A program made the translations under genes and the position numbers. The notes under the pieces were generated by a model. It was given only the letters and a program-made list of their open reading frames with translations. It did no database searches and was not told the DNA's origin. Shown here piece after piece: positions 13,466-21,286 of a stretch of DNA of 42,303 bases (positions are counted from its first letter, which is position 1; the number at the start of each line of letters is the position of its first letter). This stretch comes from Chloroflexota bacterium (GTDB lineage: Bacteria; Chloroflexota; Limnocylindria; Limnocylindrales; Limnocylindraceae): NCBI GenBank assembly GCA_041177405.1, contig JBEDBF010000001.1, forward strand, positions 1-42,303, in the 5' to 3' direction.

Positions 13466-14707
13466 ATGCAACAACGTGAGGACTTAGGTGGTGCTGGTCG
13501 GCGGCCACTCGTCACACGAGTAGGGGCTCTCCTTCTCGCAGCCCTCCTCGCATTTGGCGCGTACACGCTCGGATATAACAGTGGCAGCACGGCAGCCAGC
13601 GGTACTGGTGCCGCTGGCGCAATCGACCTTTCACGATTCAACGAAGTGCTCGACCTTGTTGAATCACGGCATGTTGGCGACAAGACGGAAGAGGCACTCG
13701 TTGACGGTGCCATCAAGGGCCTCGTTGAGTCCCTCAACGATCCGTACTCGCAATATCTCACCGGCGAAGAGATGGATGCACTTGTTGAGGGGCTCTCTGG
13801 AAGCTTCGAGGGGATTGGTGCCGTCATCGAGAGTCGCGGGCCAGAAGGCGAAGCGTGCACGACGCTCGGGCCAGACTGTTACCTCTTGGTGGTCTCCCCG
13901 ATTGATGGTTCGCCAGCAAAGGCGGCGGGCGTTCAGAGCGGCGACCGCATCACCTTGGTTGACGGTGCCACCGTGGATGGAGAGACGTTAGACGAAGCGG
14001 TCCTACGAGTGCGCGGCGAGAAGGGGACGAGCGTCGTGATTACCATCGTTCGAGGCGACGCCGCACCGATCAACCTGACGATCGTCCGCGACGTCATCAC
14101 CGTTCCTGCAGTTGAACCAAAGACGCTTGAGACGTCAAGCGGTGCACCGGTGAGCTATCTGCGACTCGCTGAGTTCAGTGAGATTGCGGGTGATCAGTTT
14201 GATCAGGCGCTGCAAGAGGTGATTGATGCGGGAGTCAAGCGAATCATCTTGGACTTGCGAGATAACCCGGGCGGATACCTCTCTACCGCGTTGCAGATCG
14301 CAAGTGAGTTCATCCCTGATGGTGTGGTCTACATGGAGGAGACGAGCGACGGGAGGCGGACCGAAACCTCCGCGAGCGGCGGGGGTCTCGCAACCGATCC
14401 GTCCATCAAGCTCGTCGTGCTCATCAATAAAGGGAGTGCGTCTGCGAGCGAGATTTTGGCTGGCGCGTTGCGCGACCGCGGGCGCGCAACTCTTGTTGGA
14501 GAGACCACCTTTGGCAAGGGTGTGGTGCAGACCTTCATCGACCTTAAGGATGGGTCGGGCTTGAAGCTCACGATCGCAAAGTGGCTCACCCCAAACGGCA
14601 CGTGGGTAAACAAGGTGGGGCTCGCCCCGGATTACCCGGTCGCAACGCCCGCCACCCCTGGCGAGAGCGATCCTGCCCTAGAGAAGGCGTTGGAACTCCT
14701 GAAGTAG
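13466..14707 (+). CDS. ctpA: S41-family carboxyl-terminal processing protease (PDZ domain plus Ser/Lys dyad)
   Basis: N-terminal TM/signal anchor, GIGAVI, PDZ segment SPIDGSPAKAAGVQSGDRI, LDLRDNPGG, INKGSASASEILAGAL, TFGKG. Confidence 0.88.
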   Translation: MQQREDLGGAGRRPLVTRVGALLLAALLAFGAYTLGYNSGSTAASGTGAAGAIDLSRFNEVLDLVESRHVGDKTEEALVDGAIKGLVESLNDPYSQYLTGEEMDALVEGLSGSFEGIGAVIESRGPEGEACTTLGPDCYLLVVSPIDGSPAKAAGVQSGDRITLVDGATVDGETLDEAVLRVRGEKGTSVVITIVRGDAAPINLTIVRDVITVPAVEPKTLETSSGAPVSYLRLAEFSEIAGDQFDQALQEVIDAGVKRIILDLRDNPGGYLSTALQIASEFIPDGVVYMEETSDGRRTETSASGGGLATDPSIKLVVLINKGSASASEILAGALRDRGRATLVGETTFGKGVVQTFIDLKDGSGLKLTIAKWLTPNGTWVNKVGLAPDYPVATPATPGESDPALEKALELLK

Positions 14708-14869
14708 CGCGCCGTACGCTCAGTCGCGTCGCCCCTTGCGTCAGAGCGCGCCGAGCCGTATCGTCTACGGCAGACGGAAGGAGGTGGTGTGCAGTGTCAA
14801 TAGACAGTTGTACGACCGCCTCTCGTGAGGTCGGCGAATAACCGATCCCGAGAGCGGTAACGTTCTGAG

Positions 14870-14904
14870 AGGGCGCTGGCCGCAAGGTCAGCGCCCTTTC
14901 TATT
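14870..14904 (+). terminator. Intrinsic terminator (12-bp GC-rich stem, GCAA loop, T-rich tail)
   Basis: AGGGCGCTGGCC GCAA GGTCAGCGCCCT (one G-T wobble) followed by TTCTATT. It lies 160 nt after the ctpA stop and 43 nt before smpB. Confidence 0.7.
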
Positions 14905-14946
14905 CGCATCAGCCACGCTCCGCCCACCCGCGGAAAAGGAGGTCTC

Positions 14947-15435
14947 ATGGCTACGAAGAAGTCGGTCGTCGCTGCTGACGGTACGACGCTGTCTTCGAAC
15001 CGGAAGGCCACCCACGAGTACGAGATCCTCGATCGCTTTGAGGCGGGTGTGGTGCTCACGGGGACGGAGATCAAGTCGATTCGCGCGGGGAAGGCAGACA
15101 TCGGTGACGCCTACATTCGTCTTGACCAAGGCGAGGCGCGCATGATTGGCATGCACATTGCCGAGTGGCCCGGTGCTGCCAGCCAGCAGCACGAGCCGAA
15201 GCGGACGCGCCGCCTCCTCCTCCATAAGGAAGAGATCGTCTCGATCGGCACCAAAGTGAAGGTGAAGGGTCTCACGCTGATCCCGCTACGACTCTATTTG
15301 AGTCGCGGGCGATGCAAGGTGGAGATTGGCCTTGGGCGTGGAAAGAAAGAGTTCGACAAGCGCAAATCAATCGCTGACCGAGAAGGAAAACGTGAGGCTG
15401 AACGCGAACTCTCTGACTGGAAACGCGGGGGCTAG
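14947..15435 (+). CDS. smpB: SsrA-binding protein SmpB
   Basis: NRKATHEYEILDRFEAGVVLTGTEIKSIR, LLLHKEEI, basic C-terminal tail. SD AAAGGAGG upstream. The tmRNA gene follows. Confidence 0.93.
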   Translation: MATKKSVVAADGTTLSSNRKATHEYEILDRFEAGVVLTGTEIKSIRAGKADIGDAYIRLDQGEARMIGMHIAEWPGAASQQHEPKRTRRLLLHKEEIVSIGTKVKVKGLTLIPLRLYLSRGRCKVEIGLGRGKKEFDKRKSIADREGKREAERELSDWKRGG

Positions 15436-15470
15436 CCGCAGCACGCGCCAGCGTGTAGGATTCCCCCCTT

Positions 15471-15846
15471 GGGGATGCGTGGTTTCGACGGGAAACCGCA
15501 CCTTGAGAACGCGAGTCGAGGTTGCTATCAGGCCTCGTTAAACCGGTAGCAAAAAGAAGTAACTGGCAATCGCCAGCCTGCTCTCGCCCTCGCTGCCTAA
15601 GGCAGTAAGGTGAGCGTGGAAGCGGCCCCCGCTTCGCGGGTCGTGGAAGCGTCATTAAGCGAAGCTGCAACAGTGGTGAGTGACACATAGCCACTGGTCA
15701 AGCCCGATGTAGGGGCATGTGACTCGGTTGAGGGTCGATCCGGCCTGTGGGAGCGCCTCAACTCAGACTAAACCGCAGGACACGCTCGTAGTGGTCTCTT
15801 GGCAGGCTTTTCGGACGAGGAGTTCGACTCTCCTCCATCTCCACCA
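15471..15846 (+). ncRNA. ssrA: tmRNA (SsrA), one-piece
   Basis: The 5-prime GGGGATG pairs with 3-prime CATCTCC followed by ACCA, including the G3-U wobble of the alanine identity element. The 5-prime GGTTTCGACGGG is typical of tmRNA. T-arm GAGGAG-TTCGACT-CTCCTC. The tag reading frame GGC AAT CGC CAG CCT GCT CTC GCC CTC GCT GCC TAA (15565-15600) encodes GNRQPALALAA. An out-of-frame TAA lies 2 nt before the proposed resume codon, as in E. coli. Confidence 0.9.
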
Positions 15847-15873
15847 ACACGTGCACGTGGCGCGAATCGCGCG

Positions 15874-16428
15874 CTACCTGATCTCCTTGATGCGCGCCTT
15901 CGCCATCGCCACCAGGAGCTTCTCGTCAATCTCCCAGTCGTTTGGAATCGTGATGGTGTGCTTGAGCACGCGGTACCCCTTCAACCTTGGCCTGAACGCA
16001 TCGATCACCGCCTTGCTAAACGGGTTGATCAGCAGATATTTAGATGACGCCGATGCGCCGAACACATAGTCCTTCTCGGTTCGCAAGATTGGCTGATTCC
16101 AGGCGATCACAAGCTTCAGCTCCGGATGCGCTGCGCGCAACACCTTGAACATGCCCTTCATGGTGCGCGCCTGCTGCGGGTCAATGCTCTTGAAGTAGTC
16201 CGTCGGTGTTGCGTGTCGATGTGCCGTGGTCGAGCCGCGGGTGAACATCACCAGTGCATTGGCATGCGCTTGTGAGAACCCGTAATTCTCTCGCAGGTAT
16301 GCCATCTGCTCTGGGTAACGCTTCCCAGCAACCCTCTTCATTACCGCAAACCAGTGCTTCATCGGTTCGCCGTAACGCTTCTCGATTGCCGGAAAGTGCG
16401 ACTCGCGAGTCGCGCCCGCCTTCGCCAT
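15874..16428 (-). CDS. DUF4287-like N-terminal domain plus YdhG/DUF1801-like C-terminal domain protein
   Basis: The N-terminus FPAIEKRYGEPMKHWFAVM ... YLRENYGFSQAHANALV resembles DUF4287. The C-terminal half (LKLVIAWNQPIL ... LKHTITIP) resembles the YdhG-like fold. This is the last gene of the minus-strand rpmH block. Confidence 0.6.
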   Translation of the reverse strand: MAKAGATRESHFPAIEKRYGEPMKHWFAVMKRVAGKRYPEQMAYLRENYGFSQAHANALVMFTRGSTTAHRHATPTDYFKSIDPQQARTMKGMFKVLRAAHPELKLVIAWNQPILRTEKDYVFGASASSKYLLINPFSKAVIDAFRPRLKGYRVLKHTITIPNDWEIDEKLLVAMAKARIKEIR

Positions 16429-16457
16429 GCCGATAGCCGCTTTCTCTCTGATCCCCT

Positions 16458-17357
16458 TTACGCTGGGATCACGACCACGCGGCGCTCTGGCTCTTCACCG
16501 GCTGACTCCGTTGCGATTCCAGGAGCGCCCTGTAGCTCCATGTGCACCCAACGACGCTCAAGCGCGGTCATCGGCTCGAGCTGCACCGCGCGACCGGTCT
16601 CACGGACCCGCTCGCCCGCCTTGCGTGCGAGCGCGCGAAGCTGCGCTTCACGTCGACCACGGTACTCCTCAATATCAACAGTGACGCGCGCCCACTCGCC
16701 GAGCTTGCGGCTCAACATCAGATTGACAAGGTGCTGAATCGCCTGCAGCCGCTCACCGCGTCGACCGATCAGGCTGCCGAGCTCTTCCGCCGCCTCTGGT
16801 GACGTGCCCGCCACATTCAGCACGGTCTCCGAACCTTCGCCGCTCAGCCGAACCTCTGCCTCGAAGTCAAGGTGCTTGATCAGCGTCTCGAGAATCTCCT
16901 TGCCGCCAGCAATCATCTCTGGCGTGGTCTCACTCCGCTCACGTCGCTCTCGCGGCTCTCGTGTCTCGCTCGCGTCGCGTGGTGCGCGCTCTGGGCGCTC
17001 CGCTCGCTCTGGACGAGCGGCTCGGGCCGGTCGCTCCGCACGGGCGGATGCTGCGCGCTCTGGGCGCGCACTTCGTGAAGGGCGCGGTGCAGACTCTCGC
17101 GGTGAAGCGTCGCGTGGTGCCGCGGCTCGAGGTGCCGCCTCTGTTGCGCGCTTCGGCGTGCTGCCCGCAATTGCGCTTGCGGGTGCAGCAACAATTCGCG
17201 CCGGTTCCGCGCCCATCCCGAGCACGCCCTTGGAGCCTGGCGCGATGATCTCAAAGTCGAGATCGGCGAGACCAACCTTGAAGGACTCGCACGCGATCTT
17301 GAGCGCCTCTTCAACGCTCTTCCCTGTGAACTCCTGGTATGCGCTCTCGCTCGCCAT
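16458..17357 (-). CDS. jag: Jag/KhpB RNA-binding protein (Jag_N, KH and R3H domains) with a long Arg/Pro/Glu/Ala linker
   Basis: N-terminus KSVEEALKIACESFKV ... DFEIIAPGSKGVLGMG, C-terminal KH/R3H region (LGSLIGRRGERLQAIQHL ... EPMTALERRWVHMEL). ATG overlaps the yidC stop (TAATG). Confidence 0.88.
   Translation of the reverse strand: MASESAYQEFTGKSVEEALKIACESFKVGLADLDFEIIAPGSKGVLGMGAEPARIVAAPASAIAGSTPKRATEAAPRAAAPRDASPRESAPRPSRSARPERAASARAERPARAARPERAERPERAPRDASETREPRERRERSETTPEMIAGGKEILETLIKHLDFEAEVRLSGEGSETVLNVAGTSPEAAEELGSLIGRRGERLQAIQHLVNLMLSRKLGEWARVTVDIEEYRGRREAQLRALARKAGERVRETGRAVQLEPMTALERRWVHMELQGAPGIATESAGEEPERRVVVIPA
16923..17186 (-). repeat. Low-complexity imperfect repeats encoding the RPERA-type linker of Jag
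   Basis: The protein reads ...RPSRSARPERAASARAERPARAARPERAERPERAPRDASETREPRERRERSE. At DNA level GCGCGCTCTGGGCGC occurs twice within about 70 nt. Confidence 0.7.
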
Positions 17358-18475
17358 TATCTGCCCCCTCGGCGACCGTGTCGGTCGCGCTTCTTGGCCG
17401 AACGGATCGTGGCGGCCGCAGATGCGGCGCGATCAAGATCCGTGCGGGATTGTGGTGCCCCTTCAACCACGTCGCCCGCCGGAGCGCTCTCCGGCATCGC
17501 CACGGGGAATCGCGGTGCATGGTTCACGGCGAAGGCCGGAGTCCACCCAAAGAGTGGGAAGAGTCCGCCGTAGCCGAGGATCAAATACTGCTGCGCCAAC
17601 GAGAAGATCGTGGACGCAATCCAGTAGATAAAGAGTCCCGCCGGCAAGATGCCGCCGTACAGGATTGAGATGAGCGGCAGGATCACCAGTGTCTGGCTCT
17701 GCATTGCCGCTGCCGGATCACCCTTTGCGGCGCCACCCTTGGGCAGCGTCATGCGGGTCTGTAGCACCTGCAACAGTGCGCTGCCGAGCGCGAGCGGTGA
17801 GATGCCGACTCCCAGGAGAATGATTGGGGCCCACGGTTGCGATACATCAAGCCCGCCGAGCCATCCCACTGTTGTGTCAAAACAACGGACACCATCTGCA
17901 AGGCCATTCACGCAACCCGGATCAAGGACTTGGAGGCCGAAGATGCTCAGCATGGCGCTCGGATCGCTTGTCTTGAGTCCTTGGTCAATCACCGAATACA
18001 TTGGAATCAGCACAATGAACTGAAGCAGGGTCGGCAGACAGCCGCTTAGCGGATTGATACCGCGCGCCTTGTACAGCTCTGCTTGTGCCTGTTGAATCTT
18101 CATTCGATCGCCCTTGTAGCGGCGTTTGATCTCTTCCACCTCTGGCGCGAGCAGCTGTGTGCGTTTCTGTGAAACGAGCTGGCGTCGATATGGTGAGATC
18201 AGGACGACGCGGATGACGATCGTGAGCAAGAGGATTGAGATTCCAATATCTCCAGTCAGGTTGTCAAAGAAGACAAGCCCAATGAAGAGTGCCTGGAAGA
18301 CTGGTGTGAACAGCCATGAGAGGAGGCTGAACGGGTCGGCGCCGGGCGACGCAGGGACGAGTGGCGCGGGTGGAGACGGTGGCACCGCCACGGAGGCGGC
18401 ATCGCACGCGCCAACCACGAGCGCCACAAGCGTCAGCAGGAGAACCGTTGGGAGTAGGTGGCGCAACCGTGACAT
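17357..18475 (-). CDS. yidC: Membrane protein insertase YidC (lipoprotein-type signal LVVGAC)
   Basis: Conserved GCLPTLLQFIVLIPMY and LYGGILPAGLFIYWIASTIFSLAQQ. The start is taken at ATG 18475 (MSRLRHLLPTVLLL...), which overlaps the yidD stop by 1 nt. The track ORF extends to 18544, so the start is uncertain. Confidence 0.88.
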   Translation of the reverse strand: MSRLRHLLPTVLLLTLVALVVGACDAASVAVPPSPPAPLVPASPGADPFSLLSWLFTPVFQALFIGLVFFDNLTGDIGISILLLTIVIRVVLISPYRRQLVSQKRTQLLAPEVEEIKRRYKGDRMKIQQAQAELYKARGINPLSGCLPTLLQFIVLIPMYSVIDQGLKTSDPSAMLSIFGLQVLDPGCVNGLADGVRCFDTTVGWLGGLDVSQPWAPIILLGVGISPLALGSALLQVLQTRMTLPKGGAAKGDPAAAMQSQTLVILPLISILYGGILPAGLFIYWIASTIFSLAQQYLILGYGGLFPLFGWTPAFAVNHAPRFPVAMPESAPAGDVVEGAPQSRTDLDRAASAAATIRSAKKRDRHGRRGGR

Positions 18476-18681
18476 CACTGGACCGGATCCCATCCGCCGG
18501 CGCTGAGAGGTGAGCAGCGCGCAATTCGTCGAGCGCCCATCCACACGCCTTTAAGTACGCCGTACTTCATGATCGCCTCTTCCGTGTAGCGCGAGCAGCT
18601 CGGCTCGAAGCGGCAGCTTGATGGCAGCCATGCAAAAACGATTCGGTAGAGGTGGATGAGTCCAACGGCCAGTCGCTTCAT
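18475..18681 (-). CDS. yidD: Membrane protein insertion efficiency factor YidD
   Basis: LIHLYRIVFAWLPSSCRFEPSCSRYTEEAI ... RIARCSPLSAGGWDPV. ATG 18681 forms an ATGA overlap with the rnpA stop. Confidence 0.88.
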   Translation of the reverse strand: MKRLAVGLIHLYRIVFAWLPSSCRFEPSCSRYTEEAIMKYGVLKGVWMGARRIARCSPLSAGGWDPVQ

Positions 18682-19025
18682 GCGCGGGCCTCCGTCGCGG
18701 ATGTTGTGAGAAGCTTCCCTCTGCGAAGACACTCGGTGAGTGCTGCGCGAAGTTGCGCGCTAGATGCCACGCTCGCTGGCGCGCGAACGCCGATCAAGAG
18801 ATCGGTGCCAGGCTTCACCGATGGCGCAAGGTCGCGTGCAATAGCCTTGAGGCGACGGCGAATGCGGTTGCGCACAACAGCGCCACCAATCTTTTTACCT
18901 GCCGCAATCCCAATGCGCAGTGTGGGGTCGCTTGTTTCGCGCACAACAAAGCGGATACCGAGAAGCGGCGAGTTAACGCCGGGCGCGGCGGCAAGTGCCG
19001 TAAAGTCAGCTGCGGTTCGAATCAT
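18678..19025 (-). CDS. rnpA: RNase P protein component
   Basis: Position between rpmH and yidD. Basic RNR motif KKIGGAVVRNRIRRRLK. Confidence 0.88.
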   Translation of the reverse strand: MIRTAADFTALAAAPGVNSPLLGIRFVVRETSDPTLRIGIAAGKKIGGAVVRNRIRRRLKAIARDLAPSVKPGTDLLIGVRAPASVASSAQLRAALTECLRRGKLLTTSATEARA

Positions 19026-19060
19026 GTCGAAACCTGCGGGGCGCGAGTGCGCCGACCCGC

Positions 19061-19195
19061 TCAGACGGTGAGGCGCTTGCGGCCGCGGGCGCGGCGGCGA
19101 GCCAAGACCTTGCGGCCTGACGTCGTCGACATGCGCTTACGGAAACCGTGTTCGCGGAATCGCTGTCGCTTCTTTGGCTGGTGCGTTCGCTTCAT
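19061..19195 (-). CDS. rpmH: 50S ribosomal protein L34 (below the ORF-track length cutoff)
   Basis: The reverse complement translates to [44 protein letters not shown] followed by a stop. Confidence 0.95.
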   Translation of the reverse strand: MKRTHQPKKRQRFREHGFRKRMSTTSGRKVLARRRARGRKRLTV

Positions 19196-19555
19196 GTTGA
19201 TCGCTCCCGTCAGAGTGGCCTTGGTGTCGCTCCGCCGTGCGGACCGGGTACCAAGAGGGCTGCCTGGCCCAGAGCCGCGAGGTGGGCGGATCTAGGAAGG
19301 GAAGTATCGTTGGGGAGCCGCCAGGGTGTCAATTCAGGCGTGGTTGGCCTTGCGAAGGGGGCGCAACGCGGGACGGACTCGTCTCCGGAACCCCTCGCCC
19401 CCCGCTGGAAAATGTATGTAACAAAGCCCGCGCGACGCGTCGTACGGGTTGGAGAGTTGCTGCTATTCTCCGCCTCCCCCCAACAGGGTCCGGGCGGCCA
19501 ACACGCTGCCCCGCCGACTCTCTGACGCGGGGAATAGAGAGGGAGGCGCTGCGGC

Positions 19556-20986
19556 ATGGATCGACGACAGGTCTGGCGCGCCACACTCGGAGAGCTAGAG
19601 ATCAGCCTCTCTCAGGCGACCTTCGAAACCTGGTTCCGTCGAACCGCACTCCTTCGCGTTGACGAAGGGAGCAGCACCTTCACCCTCGGAGTTGCGTCGG
19701 GTTTCGCGAAAGATTGGATTGAAGAGCGCTATCGCTCACTGATCGCACAGACGATCGCAAAGATCGTTGGCTACAGCGTCACACTTCAAGTTGAAGTTGT
19801 CAGCGAAGAAGAACTTGACGCGCATGGCGCGCCCGTTGGAAAGAAGAACGCGTCGGCTTACAGCGCATCGCCGTCCCGAACCGCTGCGTCAGCAGGTGAC
19901 GCGGTGCGTGTTGTTGATACAAGTGAGCCAACACGCCCAACAAACTTGAATGCGCGATACACCTTCGCAACATACGTGGTCGGTTCCGCAAGTCGACTTG
20001 CACACGCTGCGTCGCAATCGGTTTCGGAGCGCCCGGGTGGCGCATACAACCCACTCTTCCTCTACGGCGGGACCGGGTTGGGGAAGACACACCTTCTGCA
20101 CGCAATCGGAAATGCGGTGATGGAGCGCTCGCCGAAGCGACGCGTCCTCTACATCACCGGTGAAGCCTTTACCAATGAGTTCATCCTTGGCATTCAGCAA
20201 GGGGCCGCCGATGCGTTCCGATCGCGTTTCAGAAAGATTGATGTTCTTCTGATTGACGACATCCAGTTCATTGCGGATAAGGAGCGAACGCAAGAAGAGT
20301 TCTTCCATACGTTCAACACGCTCCACTCCGCAGGGAAACAGATTGTGATCACATCAGACAGAACACCGAAGGAGATTTCGCTTCTTGAAGAGCGGTTGCG
20401 CTCGCGGTTTGAGTGGGGCTTGATTGCCGATATCTCTTCGCCCGACCTTGAAACGCGAATCGCCATTCTGCGCAGCAAGGTTGAAGAGAGCGGCGTGATC
20501 GTTGCAGATGATGTGTTGGAGCAGGTCGCCCGCCGCGTGCAGAGCAATGTGCGCGAACTCGAGGGTGCGCTGACGCGTCTCGTTGCAGTGGGGCGCCTGA
20601 GTGGTATGCCCGTCACGATGGAGCTTGCGGCGCGTGTCTTGAGCGAGGCGGTATACCCAAGCCCGAAGCGCATCCTTGAACCAGAGCAGGTGGTCGCCGT
20701 CGTTGCAGAGCATTACGGGATGACCGTTGAACAGCTCCGCGGACCGAAGCGCGACCGCGAGATTGTGGTTCCGCGGCAGATCGCCGCCTACCTCTCGCGT
20801 GAGGAGACCGACGCATCGCTGGTTCGCATCGGTGGGGCCCTCGGGGGGCGTGATCACTCGACCATCATCCACGCCTGCGGCAAGATCGAGCGCGAGATGA
20901 GCTACGACGCGGAGTTGCGCCGCGAGGTGGCCCTCCTACGAGAGGCCCTCCTCCGGCACGGCCAGGGGGCTGCCGCCTCTTCATAG
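19556..20986 (+). CDS. dnaA: Chromosomal replication initiator DnaA
   Basis: NPLFLYGGTGLGKTHLLHAIGN, VLLIDDIQF, SNVRELEGAL, C-terminal DNA-binding domain IAAYLSRE ... GRDHSTIIHACGKIE. Confidence 0.96.
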   Translation: MDRRQVWRATLGELEISLSQATFETWFRRTALLRVDEGSSTFTLGVASGFAKDWIEERYRSLIAQTIAKIVGYSVTLQVEVVSEEELDAHGAPVGKKNASAYSASPSRTAASAGDAVRVVDTSEPTRPTNLNARYTFATYVVGSASRLAHAASQSVSERPGGAYNPLFLYGGTGLGKTHLLHAIGNAVMERSPKRRVLYITGEAFTNEFILGIQQGAADAFRSRFRKIDVLLIDDIQFIADKERTQEEFFHTFNTLHSAGKQIVITSDRTPKEISLLEERLRSRFEWGLIADISSPDLETRIAILRSKVEESGVIVADDVLEQVARRVQSNVRELEGALTRLVAVGRLSGMPVTMELAARVLSEAVYPSPKRILEPEQVVAVVAEHYGMTVEQLRGPKRDREIVVPRQIAAYLSREETDASLVRIGGALGGRDHSTIIHACGKIEREMSYDAELRREVALLREALLRHGQGAAASS

Positions 20987-21286
20987 CCTGTGGATATCTG
21001 GTGGAGAAGTGGTGGGTTAGCCACTATCTCGCACGAGGGGCGTGCGCACGCTGAGGACACCTTGTGGAGAACCTGTCTGGGGTTTCCCCCAGCCACTCCT
21101 GGGAAGAGGGGGGTTTACGCGCACCTGGGGTGGGTCGTTCACACTTTAGCGGGGGTTCCCCACGCCTTATAGATGAGGGGTTACGCGTAGGCTCCACAGG
21201 TTCCACACTACGAATACGGCGGTGACGGGTTTAAAGAGATAAGACACTATTAGCAAGACGCCCTGAGGGGTTGTGGAGGAGTTGAG
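20987..21286. promoter_or_regulatory. Candidate oriC / DnaA-box cluster in the dnaA-dnaN spacer
   Basis: DnaA-box-like 9-mers: TGTGGATAT 20989-97, GGTGGAGAA 21000-08, TTAGCCACT 21017-25, TGTGGAGAA 21063-71, GGCTCCACA 21190-98, GGTTCCACA 21199-207, TGTGGAGGA 21272-80. An AT-rich patch TTTAAAGAGATAAGACACTATTAGCAAG sits at 21230-57 in otherwise GC-rich DNA. Confidence 0.65.

Noticed and set aside
14708-14946. Considered SRP (4.5S) RNA or a tRNA in the ctpA-smpB gap because of the GGAAGGAGG segment.
   Set aside because: The GGAA cannot be closed by the flanking bases as in the conserved SRP domain IV hairpin, the AGCA motif is absent, and there is no tRNA T-loop or acceptor pairing. It is kept only as an unclassified structured region.
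15847-16457. A possible genomic islet integrated at the tmRNA 3-prime end, a classical att site, consisting of the DUF4287-like gene.
   Set aside because: There is no integrase and no direct repeat of the tmRNA 3-prime end downstream. The gene is co-oriented with, and only 29 nt from, jag, so it reads as the last gene of the rpmH operon. The short palindromes at 15848-15873 (CACGTGCACGTG, GCGCGAATCGCGC) look like a shared convergent stop region.
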